Source of the DNA: an uncultured Lachnospiraceae bacterium
GTDB taxonomy: Bacteria; Bacillota; Clostridia; Lachnospirales; Lachnospiraceae
Reading direction: 5' to 3'
NCBI GenBank assembly: GCA_944380605.1
Contig: CALWIA010000006.1
Span: 106,683 to 170,682, forward strand
Length of the DNA: 64,000 nucleotides
The notes beneath the pieces are model-generated. The model searched no databases and had not been told where the DNA came from. It saw only the letters and a list, made by a program, of their open reading frames with translations. Shown here in pieces: positions 27,800 to 38,036 of this stretch (its first letter is position 1; every line of letters begins with the position of its first letter). Made by a program: the position numbers and the translations under genes.

Positions 27800-28399
27800 T
27801 TATCTTCCGTGGATGATCACGCTGATCCGCTTGTAAATCAGCGCCGTAATCACCGACACCAGGGCGCCTTTGATCAGGTTAAAGGGCGCCACCGCCAGCA
27901 GCACAAAGGTCCATACGTTGGAAATCGCCGGGTTGATGGCCGCCCCTGCTTCAATAATGGATTCCAGCGGCATAAAATTGGAGTAAAACGGCAGCATCAC
28001 CACCGCGTTCAGCACCGCTCCCACCGCCGCCATGCACACGGTTCCCGCGGCCATGCCGGCCATGGCCCGCTTTCTGTTCTTGTGCAGCTTGTAGATCCAG
28101 CCGGCGGGAAGAATCAGGGAACAGCCGATGCAGAAATTGGCAAACTCGCCCACAAACCCGGTGGAAGTGGGTTTGAGCACCAGTTTCACCAGGATTTTGA
28201 CCAGTTCAATCACCGTGCCCGCCAGCGGCCCCATGGCAAAGGTCCCCACCAGTACGGGGATCTCGCTGAGATCCAGGCCGTAGAAAGACGGCGCGATAAA
28301 GGGCAGGGGAAATTCAAACAGCATCAGCACCGCCCCCAGCGCTCCGAACATGGCCATCAGCACCACATTTCTTACGGTAAACAGTTTCTTTGTCTCCAT
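27800..28399 (-). CDS. ribU: ECF transporter S component, riboflavin transporter
   Basis: LDLSEIPVL, GEFANF and PFNLIKG; directly downstream of an FMN riboswitch. Confidence 0.85.
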   Translation of the reverse strand: METKKLFTVRNVVLMAMFGALGAVLMLFEFPLPFIAPSFYGLDLSEIPVLVGTFAMGPLAGTVIELVKILVKLVLKPTSTGFVGEFANFCIGCSLILPAGWIYKLHKNRKRAMAGMAAGTVCMAAVGAVLNAVVMLPFYSNFMPLESIIEAGAAINPAISNVWTFVLLAVAPFNLIKGALVSVITALIYKRISVIIHGR

Positions 28400-28447
28400 G
28401 ACAGCATCCTCCTTTTCAGGAAGTTCTTCCGGTGGTTCCGACACAGC

Positions 28448-28476
28448 AAAAAGCCCTGAGTGAATACACTCAGGGC
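28448..28476 (-). terminator. Expression-platform terminator of the FMN riboswitch
   Basis: GCCCTGAGTG-tatt-CACTCAGGGC-TTTTT on the minus strand. Confidence 0.8.
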
Positions 28477-28507
28477 GCAGCCGGCGTACGCGAAACATAC
28501 GCATCGT

Positions 28508-28622
28508 TTCTTCTTCCATCCAGACTGTAACTGTTGGTTTTGGAATCGCACCAAATCAGCCGCCCTGCGGCGGGTCGCGGACTGTACCGCCAGTGGGGAA
28601 TTGCACCCCGCCCTGAAGAACT
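28508..28622 (-). promoter_or_regulatory. FMN (RFN) riboswitch
   Basis: TTCAGGGCGGGGTGCAATTCCCCACTGGCGGTA...GTCCGCGA...CTGATTTGGTGCGATTCCAAAACCAACAGTTACAGTCTGGATGGAAGAAG; upstream TTGCAT-17-TATACT promoter at 28644-28672. Confidence 0.95.
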
Positions 28623-28689
28623 TTCTTTTCTTTTTTCCAGATCAGTATAATCCTTCCGCCGCGAAAATGCAACGGTTTCTTTTTCGGTT

Positions 28690-29967
28690 CTATGCCAGCG
28701 CCTGCTCCAGGTCCGCGATAATGTCGTCCACGTTTTCAATGCCGACGCTGAAGCGGATCATCGCCGGATCCACACCGGCCTCCACCAGCTGCTCGTCGCT
28801 TAACTGCCGGTGGGTATGGCTGGCCGGATGCAGCACGGAGGTGCGGGCGTCGGCCACATGGGTCACGATGGCCGCCAGCTTCAGCTTGTCCATAAATACG
28901 GCGGCAGCCTGGCGTCCGCCCTTCAGTCCGAAGGAAATCACGCCGCAGGTTCCGTTTGGCATATACTTCTGCGCCAGCGCGTAGTATTTGTCGCCTTCCA
29001 GGCCGGGATAGCTGACCCAGGCCACATCCTCCCTGGATTTCAGATAGCGGGCCACCGCCAATGCGTTTTCACAGTGTCTCGGCATCCGCAGGTGCAGCGT
29101 CTCCAGCCCCACATTCAGCAGGAACGCGTTCTGCGGCGACTGAATGGATCCCATATCCCGCATCAGCTGCGCCGTAGCTTTGGTGATATAGGCCTTTTTG
29201 CCGAAGCGCTTGGTGTAGACCACGCCGTGGTAGGACTCATCCGGCGTCGTCAGCCCCGGGAACTTGTCTGCGTGGGCGTCCCAGTCAAAATTGCCGCTGT
29301 CCACAATGCAGCCGCCTACCGCCAGCGCGTGTCCGTCCATGTACTTGGTGGTGGAGTGGGTGACGATGTCGGCGCCCCATTCGAAGGGCCGGCAGTTGAT
29401 AGGCGTGGCAAAGGTGTTGTCCACAATCAGCGGCACGCCGTGGCGATGAGCCAGGCGGGCAAATTTTTCAATGTCCAGCACCACCAGCGCCGGGTTGGCG
29501 ATGGTCTCCCCGAACACCGCCTTGGTGTTGGGCCGGAATTCCTTTTCCAGCTCTTCTTCCGGCGCGTCCGGATCCACCAGGGTGCACTGGATGCCGAACC
29601 GCTTCAGCGTCACCGTAAACAGGTTGGAGGTGCCTCCGTAGATGGTGGCGGAGCTGATCACGTGATCTCCCTCCGAGCAGATATTCAGGATGGCGTACAT
29701 ATTGGCCGCCTGCCCTGAAGAGGTCAGCATCGCCGCCTCTCCTCCTTCCAGCTGGCAGATCTTGTCCGCCACCGCGTCATTGGTGGGATTGGCCAGCCGG
29801 GTATAAAAATAGCCGTCTTCCTCCAGATCAAACAGACGTCCCATCTGTTCGCTGGTCTCATACTTAAACGTGGTGCTCTGATAAATGGGAAGCACCCGGG
29901 GCTCTCCGTTTTTCGGCTTCCAGCCGCCCTGGATGCAGATGGTCTCAAGAGATGGTTTCCGGCTCAT
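28690..29967 (-). CDS. metY: O-acetylhomoserine aminocarboxypropyltransferase (sulfhydrylase)
   Basis: YTRLANPT, SSGQAA, VDNTF, HSTTKY (PLP Lys), HPASHTHRQL and IRFSVGIE. Confidence 0.9.
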   Translation of the reverse strand: MSRKPSLETICIQGGWKPKNGEPRVLPIYQSTTFKYETSEQMGRLFDLEEDGYFYTRLANPTNDAVADKICQLEGGEAAMLTSSGQAANMYAILNICSEGDHVISSATIYGGTSNLFTVTLKRFGIQCTLVDPDAPEEELEKEFRPNTKAVFGETIANPALVVLDIEKFARLAHRHGVPLIVDNTFATPINCRPFEWGADIVTHSTTKYMDGHALAVGGCIVDSGNFDWDAHADKFPGLTTPDESYHGVVYTKRFGKKAYITKATAQLMRDMGSIQSPQNAFLLNVGLETLHLRMPRHCENALAVARYLKSREDVAWVSYPGLEGDKYYALAQKYMPNGTCGVISFGLKGGRQAAAVFMDKLKLAAIVTHVADARTSVLHPASHTHRQLSDEQLVEAGVDPAMIRFSVGIENVDDIIADLEQALA

Positions 29968-30133
29968 AGGATCCTCCTTCAGTATGTGCAGATATTTTTT
30001 CTAAGTCTATCACAAACCGGCTTTCAAAGTCAATTCCTGTCAAATAGAACTTGCGTTCGCTTTTCTCTTGTATTATAATATGCCAAGGAGTTGTCACTGC
30101 ACACAGAATACAGATAAGGAGGAAGCACCCCCT

Positions 30134-31240
30134 ATGGCACCATCGAAAGTATATTTTACCGATCTCCATGTCACCTTCCAGGAGAATCTGCTGCAGAAGC
30201 TGGCCCGTCTGGTCAAGACCGCCGGCATGCTGGACCAGATTGATTTCAGCAACAAGTACACCGCCATCAAGATCCATTTCGGAGAGCCGGGGAACCTGTC
30301 TTATCTGCGTCCCAACTACTCTAAGGTCTTAGTGGATTTAATCAAGGCCCAGGGCGGCCGGGTTTTCTTAACCGACTGCAATACCCTGTACGTCGGCCGC
30401 CGCAAGAACGCCCTGGATCATCTGGACACCGCTTACGAAAACGGCTACAATCCCTTTGCCACCGGCTGCCATGTCATCATCGCCGACGGCCTGAAGGGCA
30501 CCGATGAGGCCCTGGTGCCCATCAATGGCGACTATGTCAAGGAAGCCAAGATCGGCCGCGCCATTATGGACGCCGATATCTTTATTTCCCTGACCCATTT
30601 CAAAGGACATGAAAGCACCGGTTTCGGCGGCACCCTGAAAAACATCGGCATGGGCTGCGGTTCCCGGGCCGGCAAGATGGAGATGCACAACGCCGGCAAG
30701 CCCCACGTGGTGCAGGAACGCTGCGTCGGCTGCGGCGCCTGCCGCAAAAACTGCGCCCACAGCGCCATCACCATTACGGACCGGAAGGCCTCCATCGACC
30801 ACAGCAAGTGCGTCGGCTGCGGCCGCTGCATCGGCGTCTGCCCCATGGACGCCGTAGATACGGATCTGGACGAAGCCAACGATATCTTAAACTGCAAGAT
30901 CGCCGAGTACACCCTGGCCGTCCTGAAAGACCGTCCCAGCTTCCACATCAGCCTGGTTATGGACGTCTCTCCCTACTGCGACTGCCATGCGGAAAACGAC
31001 GTACCCATCGTGCCCAGCATCGGCATGTTCGCCTCCTTTGATCCGGTGGCGCTGGATATGGCCTGCGTCGACGCGGTCAACCGCCAGCCGGTGATCGAAG
31101 GCAGCCTGCTGAGCCGCCAGCCCCACACCCACCACGACCACTTCACCGATACCCATCCGGATACCAACTGGAAATCCGCCATCGATCACGCGGTGAAACT
31201 GGGACTGGGCCAGAAAGAATACGAACTGATTACCATCTGA
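30134..31240 (+). CDS. DUF362 domain protein with a 2x[4Fe-4S] ferredoxin domain
   Basis: IKIHFGEPGN, HFKGH, KNIGMGC and two CxxCxxCxxxC motifs; TTGCGT-17-TATAAT promoter. Confidence 0.85.
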   Translation: MAPSKVYFTDLHVTFQENLLQKLARLVKTAGMLDQIDFSNKYTAIKIHFGEPGNLSYLRPNYSKVLVDLIKAQGGRVFLTDCNTLYVGRRKNALDHLDTAYENGYNPFATGCHVIIADGLKGTDEALVPINGDYVKEAKIGRAIMDADIFISLTHFKGHESTGFGGTLKNIGMGCGSRAGKMEMHNAGKPHVVQERCVGCGACRKNCAHSAITITDRKASIDHSKCVGCGRCIGVCPMDAVDTDLDEANDILNCKIAEYTLAVLKDRPSFHISLVMDVSPYCDCHAENDVPIVPSIGMFASFDPVALDMACVDAVNRQPVIEGSLLSRQPHTHHDHFTDTHPDTNWKSAIDHAVKLGLGQKEYELITI

Positions 31241-31315
31241 CAAGGATTATCGCCGGCCGGCAGGGCGCGGGGCGCATGCCCCGCCGCCTTCCAGGCCGGC
31301 CTTTTTTTCTTTTCC

Positions 31316-32029
31316 CTATCTCTGCGGATCGGAAGCCAGAAAATCCTTCAGCGTTTTTCGGTACGGCTGGCTGACGGACAGGGATTCCCCCCGGTTCTGC
31401 AGATAGATCCGGTTCTGCAGCTTTCCCGCAATACAGCTGCCGTTTACGATATAGGATTTGTGAATCCGAATAAAGGTTTCCGGTATTCCCCGTTCTAATA
31501 CTTCCGACAATTTTCCATTGTATTCATAAATTCCCTGTTGTGTATGTATCTGGATTTTTCTCCCTGCGCTCTGAAAGAACAGAATCTCTGAATATGGGAT
31601 CTGATAAAGAAATTTGCTTTTTCTGTAAAAATAAAACCTGCCGCTTCGCTGATCCTCCATGCGGATCCGGTCCAGCACTGCCGCGATCTGGTCTGCCTGC
31701 AGCGGCTTGCTTAACAGGTCCGCGGGCTCATTCTGCCGCAGCTTTTCCTGCTTCACCATTTCGGAAATCATGTATACGATTCTGGTCTCGGAAGCCTTCC
31801 ACCTCTGCCGGATTCTTCTGCCTGCCTCTGTCCCGCCGCCGCTTTTTGGCCGGACTTCCAGAAAAATCAGATCGTACCGTTTTCCCGCCTCTGCCTCCTG
31901 GCAAAGCGCGCCGCTTTCCGAAAACAGCTCCGTTTCCAAAAACACCCGTTCCTTTTCTCCATACCGATCCAGCATGCGCCTGATTTCCCGGCACGCCTTC
32001 ACATCGCCATCACAAACAGCGATTTTCAT
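31316..32029 (-). CDS. LytTR-family response regulator with a degenerate receiver domain
   Basis: Receiver-like N-terminus (LIFLE in place of IFLD); LytTR motif FIRIHKSYIVN. Confidence 0.8.
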   Translation of the reverse strand: MKIAVCDGDVKACREIRRMLDRYGEKERVFLETELFSESGALCQEAEAGKRYDLIFLEVRPKSGGGTEAGRRIRQRWKASETRIVYMISEMVKQEKLRQNEPADLLSKPLQADQIAAVLDRIRMEDQRSGRFYFYRKSKFLYQIPYSEILFFQSAGRKIQIHTQQGIYEYNGKLSEVLERGIPETFIRIHKSYIVNGSCIAGKLQNRIYLQNRGESLSVSQPYRKTLKDFLASDPQR

Positions 32030-32045
32030 ACTGTATCTCCCCCTT

Positions 32046-32303
32046 TTACTTCAACTGATCCAACGGCCCCATGATGACGTCATAGCTGATCTGGAACAAA
32101 TCCAGAATCGCCTTCAGTTCAATGTCCGTCACAAAACGCTTGTTGGTCTCAATCCTGGTTATGACATTTTTGTCGATGTCATAGCCTCTCAGCTGCAGAC
32201 GGTTCGCCACGTCCCGCTGAGACATCTGATAATAGGCCCGCAGCCGTTTCAGCTTCTGGGCAATCAGATTCTTTTCCCCTGTTTCCGTTCGTGGTTTCGG
32301 CAT
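32046..32303 (-). CDS. XRE-family HTH transcriptional regulator
   Basis: LKRLR...MSQRDVA...ITRIETNKR HTH_3 pattern; AAGGAG RBS. Confidence 0.85.
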   Translation of the reverse strand: MPKPRTETGEKNLIAQKLKRLRAYYQMSQRDVANRLQLRGYDIDKNVITRIETNKRFVTDIELKAILDLFQISYDVIMGPLDQLK

Positions 32304-32422
32304 AGGCAGACGCTCTCCTTTTCTTTGGTATACCTTTCATTTTAAGCGTTTTCTGCCTCGCCTTAGGTTGTAAAAATGATCTAAATACAAAGTTATATAA
32401 GTTTTTTCGCGTATCGCGCAAA

Positions 32423-32450
32423 AAAAAGCAGGGAAGTCCCTGCTTTTTCC
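32423..32450 (-). terminator. Terminator after the LTA-synthase-family gene
   Basis: AAAAAGCAGGGA-AG-TCCCTGCTTTTT. Confidence 0.7.
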
Positions 32451-32460
32451 TGTTTCCGCG

Positions 32461-34374
32461 TCACAACGGATACGTGCCCAGCGCCTGCTTGTCCTTCCCC
32501 ACCTGTTTTACGGATATCTGATCCCGGTACCTGGCATAGACATCCGGATCCACATCTTTCACCAGAATCAGCTCCGGCCAGACATAGGTGGTCTCCTGCA
32601 TCTCGTCTCCCAGAAATACCTTAGAATACCGGTTGAACCCTTCTCCAAAAATCAGCAGATGCGAATCTTTGTACACCGCGTCTTCCGGCACAATGGGATC
32701 GATTCCCATCTGCAGCTGCGTGGCCGCAAAGGGGCTTTCTCCCTGGTAAATCTCATGGTCTCCGTAAAGAATGTCGTATTCCAGCACCTTCATCCCGTCC
32801 AGATACTGCTGCTTGCTCTCGATTTCGCCGTCCAGATAGCTCTGGTGGTACCGGATCATGGTGCCCTCGTGAATCTCCGCCATATCCAGCACCCAGGCCG
32901 CCAGCTGATACGCCTCCACCGTCCGGTGGGTCTGCTCCAGATTCAGGTTGTTCCACACCACATACTGGGTCTGGAACAGGGAATAATTTTTCATATCTGC
33001 CGCTTCCCATTCAAACCCCGGCAGGTGGTCGCCGTACAGCACCAGCACCGTCGGCTCTTCCCTGCGGTTCAGCGCGTAGACCAGATCCTGGATAAAGCGG
33101 TCCATTTCGCTGATTTGCTCGCAGTAATATTCAAAACTGGGATAGGCCCCGTGTCCCTGGACCGAAATCGTGTAGACGAAGTCCGGCTCTTTCGTGGAAT
33201 CCAGCGCCTTTTCTATCTCTCCCACCAGAATCTCATCTTTACACCAGCCAGTGGGATTGCGCTCCTCGTCATACATGTATTCAATGGGCGTAAAGGTGTC
33301 AAACCCCAGCTGGGCAAACACTTTGTGACGGTCGTAAAACGTGCCTTCGTTGTTGTGGATGGCGTGGGCGCTGTAACCCAGTTTCTTCAGATCAAAGGCC
33401 GTGCTCTCGCAGGCGGTTTTCTGCAGCACCGTCTTGTAGGGATATTCCCCGGGCCCGAAAAAGTCCAGGTTCATACCGGTGATGCACTCAAACTCCGTAT
33501 TGGCCGTGCCGGCGCCTACGGAGGGTACGCTTAAGTAACCGGAAGGATAGCGGTCCTTCAGATAGCGGAAAAACGGGATCGGGTCCTTTTCAAACTGATA
33601 GTTCCGGTACTGCAGCGGATCAAAGAACGATTCCAGCTGCACCATGATCACATTGGGCATCCGCTCGCTGCCCACCTCATACCGCTCCGACGACTTCAGT
33701 TCCTCCTCAATGGCCGCCACCGTCTCGCTGTCGTAGCCTTCCGGCCGGGAAATTCCCGTGTTCAGCAGCGAATTGGAAAAGCAGTAGGGAAATCCGTAGT
33801 CCAGAAACGCCTGGCCGATATTGCCGAAACGCACCGCCAGAATGCCCTGGCCCATAGCCGCCGTGGTGCCGCCCACCACAAGCAGCGCGCAGGCCGCCGC
33901 CAGAGCCGCGGACACCGGCAGGCGCACAGGCTCCGGTTCCGCCGGCGCCTTTTGAAAGCACCAGGCCCACAGCGCCAGCAGCAGCACAATGCCGGCGCCG
34001 GCGCCGATGATCTGGGGCCAGGTCATGTAGTCCGTCAGCAGGCTCACCGCGTACTTTACCAGGCGGAAATCCGCCGCCGTAAAAGGCGTGGTCCGGAACG
34101 TCAGCAGAAACCCGTTGACCGCTCCGGCCAGAATCCACAGCGAAGCCGCCGCCGTCATCACAAAATACCGGCGCCGGGTAAAGAAGAGCAGCACAAAAGG
34201 AAGTGCCACAATCAGCGTATTCAGAAGAAACACCAGCGGGCTTCTTCCCATATACGCCAGCACTTCCCACAGCGATCCCCGGCTTATGGTTTCAATCAGT
34301 ATATGGACTGCCAGAGAAACTCCCAGTATGGCAGCCAGCCATTTCCCCTGTCTTTTCAGGTAATCCATGCTCAT
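32461..34374 (-). CDS. LTA synthase family protein (membrane sulfatase fold)
   Basis: About 5 N-terminal TMs; QLESFFDP, GAGTANTEFE (catalytic Thr), LYGDHLP. Confidence 0.88.
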   Translation of the reverse strand: MSMDYLKRQGKWLAAILGVSLAVHILIETISRGSLWEVLAYMGRSPLVFLLNTLIVALPFVLLFFTRRRYFVMTAAASLWILAGAVNGFLLTFRTTPFTAADFRLVKYAVSLLTDYMTWPQIIGAGAGIVLLLALWAWCFQKAPAEPEPVRLPVSAALAAACALLVVGGTTAAMGQGILAVRFGNIGQAFLDYGFPYCFSNSLLNTGISRPEGYDSETVAAIEEELKSSERYEVGSERMPNVIMVQLESFFDPLQYRNYQFEKDPIPFFRYLKDRYPSGYLSVPSVGAGTANTEFECITGMNLDFFGPGEYPYKTVLQKTACESTAFDLKKLGYSAHAIHNNEGTFYDRHKVFAQLGFDTFTPIEYMYDEERNPTGWCKDEILVGEIEKALDSTKEPDFVYTISVQGHGAYPSFEYYCEQISEMDRFIQDLVYALNRREEPTVLVLYGDHLPGFEWEAADMKNYSLFQTQYVVWNNLNLEQTHRTVEAYQLAAWVLDMAEIHEGTMIRYHQSYLDGEIESKQQYLDGMKVLEYDILYGDHEIYQGESPFAATQLQMGIDPIVPEDAVYKDSHLLIFGEGFNRYSKVFLGDEMQETTYVWPELILVKDVDPDVYARYRDQISVKQVGKDKQALGTYPL

Positions 34375-34449
34375 ACAGCCTCATGTAAACGCGCGGCAGC
34401 ACTGCTGCGCTGCCGCGCGTTCCGTCTTTTCGTTTCCGGTAAACCCAGC

Positions 34450-34887
34450 CTACAGTTCCGTTTTTTCTTCTTCGAAAACGGCCTCTGCTTCTTCCGGCGC
34501 TGCCGCTTCCAGAGCGGCGGGTTCCTCCCGTTCCGGCTCCGCCGGCGCTCCGCACTTGCCGCAGAACGCGTCGCCTCTGCGGATCATCGCCCCGCATCTG
34601 CCGCAGGCGCGCCCGCCTTCCAGCTTCATGACTTTCTCTTCCAGCTGGGCAACCTGCGCCAGGCCTTTTTCAATCTCCGGGAAGAACATGCGGTACTCGT
34701 CCGCTTCTTCTCCCCGGTGCTTTTTAAAATACAGCGCGCCGATAGCCGCGTACAGTTCCTTGATCTTTCCCTTCTCCGAACTGATCTGCGCCTTCAGCTG
34801 CAGCACTTCCGCCGCGTCTTTGGCCTTCTGCGCCGCTTCCTTTCCCCGTCCGGCAATGGTTTTTCCGATTTCATCCAGAAATGCCAT
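34450..34887 (-). CDS. Zinc-ribbon domain protein with an N-terminal coiled coil
   Basis: CGRCG and FCGKCG; TTGACA-17-TAAGAT promoter at 34909-34937. Confidence 0.8.
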   Translation of the reverse strand: MAFLDEIGKTIAGRGKEAAQKAKDAAEVLQLKAQISSEKGKIKELYAAIGALYFKKHRGEEADEYRMFFPEIEKGLAQVAQLEEKVMKLEGGRACGRCGAMIRRGDAFCGKCGAPAEPEREEPAALEAAAPEEAEAVFEEEKTEL

Positions 34888-34963
34888 AACAACCCCTCCT
34901 TTTTCTCTATCTTAGTCGCTGTAAGAAGGAATGTCAATCGCCATTTCCAAACCCATGTCTTTG

Positions 34964-37162
34964 TCAGGAAACCGGATGCAGCTGGTACGTTTCCGCCGTT
35001 TCCTCAGAGATCCGGTTCAGATCCAGTTCACAGGAAATAACCCTGGGCTCTGCCTCGTCCGCTTCCTGCTTCATGGTCACCGTAACATCCGTGCCGCCGG
35101 AACGGACGATTTCATAGTAGGGATTCATGGAAAGGTAGGCGGTGCTGCACAGCGCCGGCGCCAGTTCCCGGATCATCGCCGGCTCCTTGTAAACCGCGTT
35201 CCACGCCGTATCGGAAGAATCGTCATAAGTTCCATCTTCTCCGTAAACCGCGTAGTGGTAAACCGCCACCGACTCTATGATGTCTTCGTTCATAAGTTTC
35301 GGCGAGATGCCCGCTTCTTCCAAGGCTTCCAGAGTCCGGGCAAAGGACGGATACACCGGATAATAGCAGCGGTCTTCCAGCCCTTCGTACGGATGCTCCG
35401 CCTGGTTCCATTTCATGGCCTCTTCCATCTGGACCGTCCGGAACTGGATGGTTCCCAGGGGCAGTTCCTTCCGGCGGCTTTCCAGGGTCTGTTCCATCAG
35501 GTCCGCCTGATAGGCCTGCAGCAGATGTTCCATGCCGTCCCGGTCCAGTTTTACCGGTTTGGAACGGTTGTACTGCTGGAAATACACCGACGCCAGATCG
35601 CCGCTCTCCTGCTGCAGCAGCGGATAAATGCCGGTTTTGTATTCCAGATTGTCGTGTACCGAAGCCAGGGCCTCCTGGGCCGCCTCGTCCATCACCACCA
35701 CATAGGTCCGGGTCTTCCGGCTTCCGTTGGTCATCCGGTACTGCACCACATACCGCATCCCGTCGTATCCGCTTTCCTCATAAAACTCCGCCTGGGAACG
35801 CATCCGTCTGGCCGCAGCTGCGCCGTTTTCCGCCAGTTCCAGCACCGGATACAGGTCTGTGATCTGCATATGGTCAAAGATGTACTCCGTCTGGCCCCAT
35901 CCGTAATCCCAGCCGTAATACTCTTCTCCGTTGTAATCCTTCCGCTTTTCCAGGCTGCCGTAAGTGACCCAGTCGTCCCCGTATCCCAGCTGCACCGACG
36001 CCGATTCCACATCCGCCGCGTCGGGAACCCAGCTGTCATATCCGTACCAGTCGTAGCGTCCGGCCAGGGACAAAAGGACGGCAAACGCCGTGCACAGCCC
36101 CAGGCAGATCCGATGGGCGAACAGCTTCCGGAAATCGAAATGGTAAATGATCTCCATAACGCAGTGCATCAGCACCGCGCCGCAGACCGTACCAAACAGC
36201 AGCCACACCGTGGTGGGGCGCAGGAGATAGAAAAACATGCCGAACACTTCCGCCGCGGGAATCACTAACAGCACCTTGATAGGCATGCAGGTCCTGGGAA
36301 ACGCCATGGCCTTTCCCGCCGCTTCCGAGGGCCGGATCCGGTACAGCCCGTACACCGCCATAGCAAGCGCCGCCGTCACTGCAGCGGCCCCCGCCGCCTG
36401 CGGGAAGTTCCACAGTCCCTCTCCCAGATCCGTCACCGCGTACATATAGTTGGCAAAGGGAGAGGAATACTGGACGATCCGGTACAGCAGGTCGTTGGCT
36501 TCCCGGGTCATGTAAAAGGTCTCAAACCAGTTGTCCAGATAGCCGAAGACCAGCGCTGCCGCCATGGGGCCGTATCCGTAGAACACGCCGGTTCCCAGAA
36601 TCCCCACCACCAGATTGCCCGTCAGCATCATAGCCGCGGCCGCCGTGGTATACAGCATGCTGTAGTATACCATGTTCATCACCCACGCACGCCACCAGAT
36701 GTCTCCCAGCTCATAAGCAGGGATTCCGCTGCGCAGAATCAGCGCCGCCGCGCAGACCTGAAACAGCAGGTACACCGCCGCCGGCACCAGAATGCCGTTG
36801 GCGTAGCGGGAGAAAAACAGCAGATGCCGCTTCACGGGAATGCTGTGGTAAAAATCCACTTTCCGGCTGTTGTGCAGATACTGGAAGCCGGAAGCCGCCC
36901 ACAGCAGGGACAGGATAATCAATATAAAAATAGCGAATCCATTGACTCCCGCCAGGTTAATGATATTTTCTATCTGGCGGTACTGGGCCGAGCTGACCGG
37001 CGCCATGGGGTCCGCTCCGTACCGCTCCGCGTATTCGCTGCACTTTAAAGCCACCGGCACCAGGATGCTGAACAGAAGCCCCAGAATCGTGATGGCCAGG
37101 GTCCAGGTCCGGCGCTTTAAATCCTCTTTCATCAATTTAAAGCACAAGTTTCTTGATGTCAT
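34964..37162 (-). CDS. ABC permease-like membrane protein (probably DUF6449 type)
   Basis: FQYLHNSRKVDFYHSIPVKR motif; many TMs then a large soluble domain; follows the ABC ATPase. Confidence 0.7.
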   Translation of the reverse strand: MTSRNLCFKLMKEDLKRRTWTLAITILGLLFSILVPVALKCSEYAERYGADPMAPVSSAQYRQIENIINLAGVNGFAIFILIILSLLWAASGFQYLHNSRKVDFYHSIPVKRHLLFFSRYANGILVPAAVYLLFQVCAAALILRSGIPAYELGDIWWRAWVMNMVYYSMLYTTAAAAMMLTGNLVVGILGTGVFYGYGPMAAALVFGYLDNWFETFYMTREANDLLYRIVQYSSPFANYMYAVTDLGEGLWNFPQAAGAAAVTAALAMAVYGLYRIRPSEAAGKAMAFPRTCMPIKVLLVIPAAEVFGMFFYLLRPTTVWLLFGTVCGAVLMHCVMEIIYHFDFRKLFAHRICLGLCTAFAVLLSLAGRYDWYGYDSWVPDAADVESASVQLGYGDDWVTYGSLEKRKDYNGEEYYGWDYGWGQTEYIFDHMQITDLYPVLELAENGAAAARRMRSQAEFYEESGYDGMRYVVQYRMTNGSRKTRTYVVVMDEAAQEALASVHDNLEYKTGIYPLLQQESGDLASVYFQQYNRSKPVKLDRDGMEHLLQAYQADLMEQTLESRRKELPLGTIQFRTVQMEEAMKWNQAEHPYEGLEDRCYYPVYPSFARTLEALEEAGISPKLMNEDIIESVAVYHYAVYGEDGTYDDSSDTAWNAVYKEPAMIRELAPALCSTAYLSMNPYYEIVRSGGTDVTVTMKQEADEAEPRVISCELDLNRISEETAETYQLHPVS

Positions 37163-38036
37163 AGCCGACCACCTCCGTTTCACTGATAAAGATCTCTTCC
37201 AGAGACAGAGGAATCAGTTCCGCGAAAATCGGCTGGCTGGCTGCCAGCGCCGCTTCCACTTCTTCCCGCTTGCCCCGCACCGTCAGCGTCAGCAGGCTTC
37301 CCCGTTCCTCTTTTTTCATAATTGTCAGCCCCGTCAGATCCTCCGCCGTCATCCCCGGCCGCAGCACGCACTGCAGCTTGTGGATATTCAGCTTCATATC
37401 GTCTAAATCCCGGGACAGCAGAATGCCGCCTTTGTGCAGCAGTCCCACATGGTCGCAGATATCCTCCAGCTCCCGCAGGTTGTGGGAAGCGATAATCGGC
37501 GTCAGATTCCGTTCCTCCATATCGCCGATAAAAATACTCTTCACCGCCTGGCGCATCACCGGGTCCAGGCCGTCAAAGGTCTCGTCGCAGAACAGATAAT
37601 CCGTCCCGGCGCATACGCCGCAGATCACCGATACCTGCTTGCGCATGCCCTTGGAAAAGGTGTTGATCTTGCGCCGGCGGTTCAGTTCAAAACTCTCCAT
37701 CAAGTGGATGAAGCGGCGGGTATCGAACCGGGGATACACCGTCCGGTAAAAAATCATCATCTCCTCCGGCGTCGCGTTGCTGAAAAAGTACTGGTCGTCG
37801 GATATGTAAAAGAACCGGGACTTTACCTCGGTATGCTCAAATACTTCCTGTCCGTCGATGGTCACGGAGCCTTCGTCCGGCTTCAGCACCCCGGACAGCA
37901 GCCGCAGAAACGTGCTCTTGCCCGCTCCGTTGGTTCCAATGAGGCCGAATACGCTTCCTTCCCGTATATCCGCTGACACGTGGTCCACCGCGGTGATATC
38001 GCCGAACCGCTTGGTCAGATTTCTGGTCTCTATCAT
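37137..38036 (-). CDS. ABC transporter ATP-binding protein (YtrB-like)
   Basis: GTNGAGKST, FSKGM, CDETFDGLDP, SHNL. Confidence 0.9.
   Translation of the reverse strand: MIETRNLTKRFGDITAVDHVSADIREGSVFGLIGTNGAGKSTFLRLLSGVLKPDEGSVTIDGQEVFEHTEVKSRFFYISDDQYFFSNATPEEMMIFYRTVYPRFDTRRFIHLMESFELNRRRKINTFSKGMRKQVSVICGVCAGTDYLFCDETFDGLDPVMRQAVKSIFIGDMEERNLTPIIASHNLRELEDICDHVGLLHKGGILLSRDLDDMKLNIHKLQCVLRPGMTAEDLTGLTIMKKEERGSLLTLTVRGKREEVEAALAASQPIFAELIPLSLEEIFISETEVVGYDIKKLVL

Noticed and set aside
29968-30060. SAM riboswitch or T-box upstream of metY
   Set aside because: The leader is too short and has no conserved riboswitch motifs
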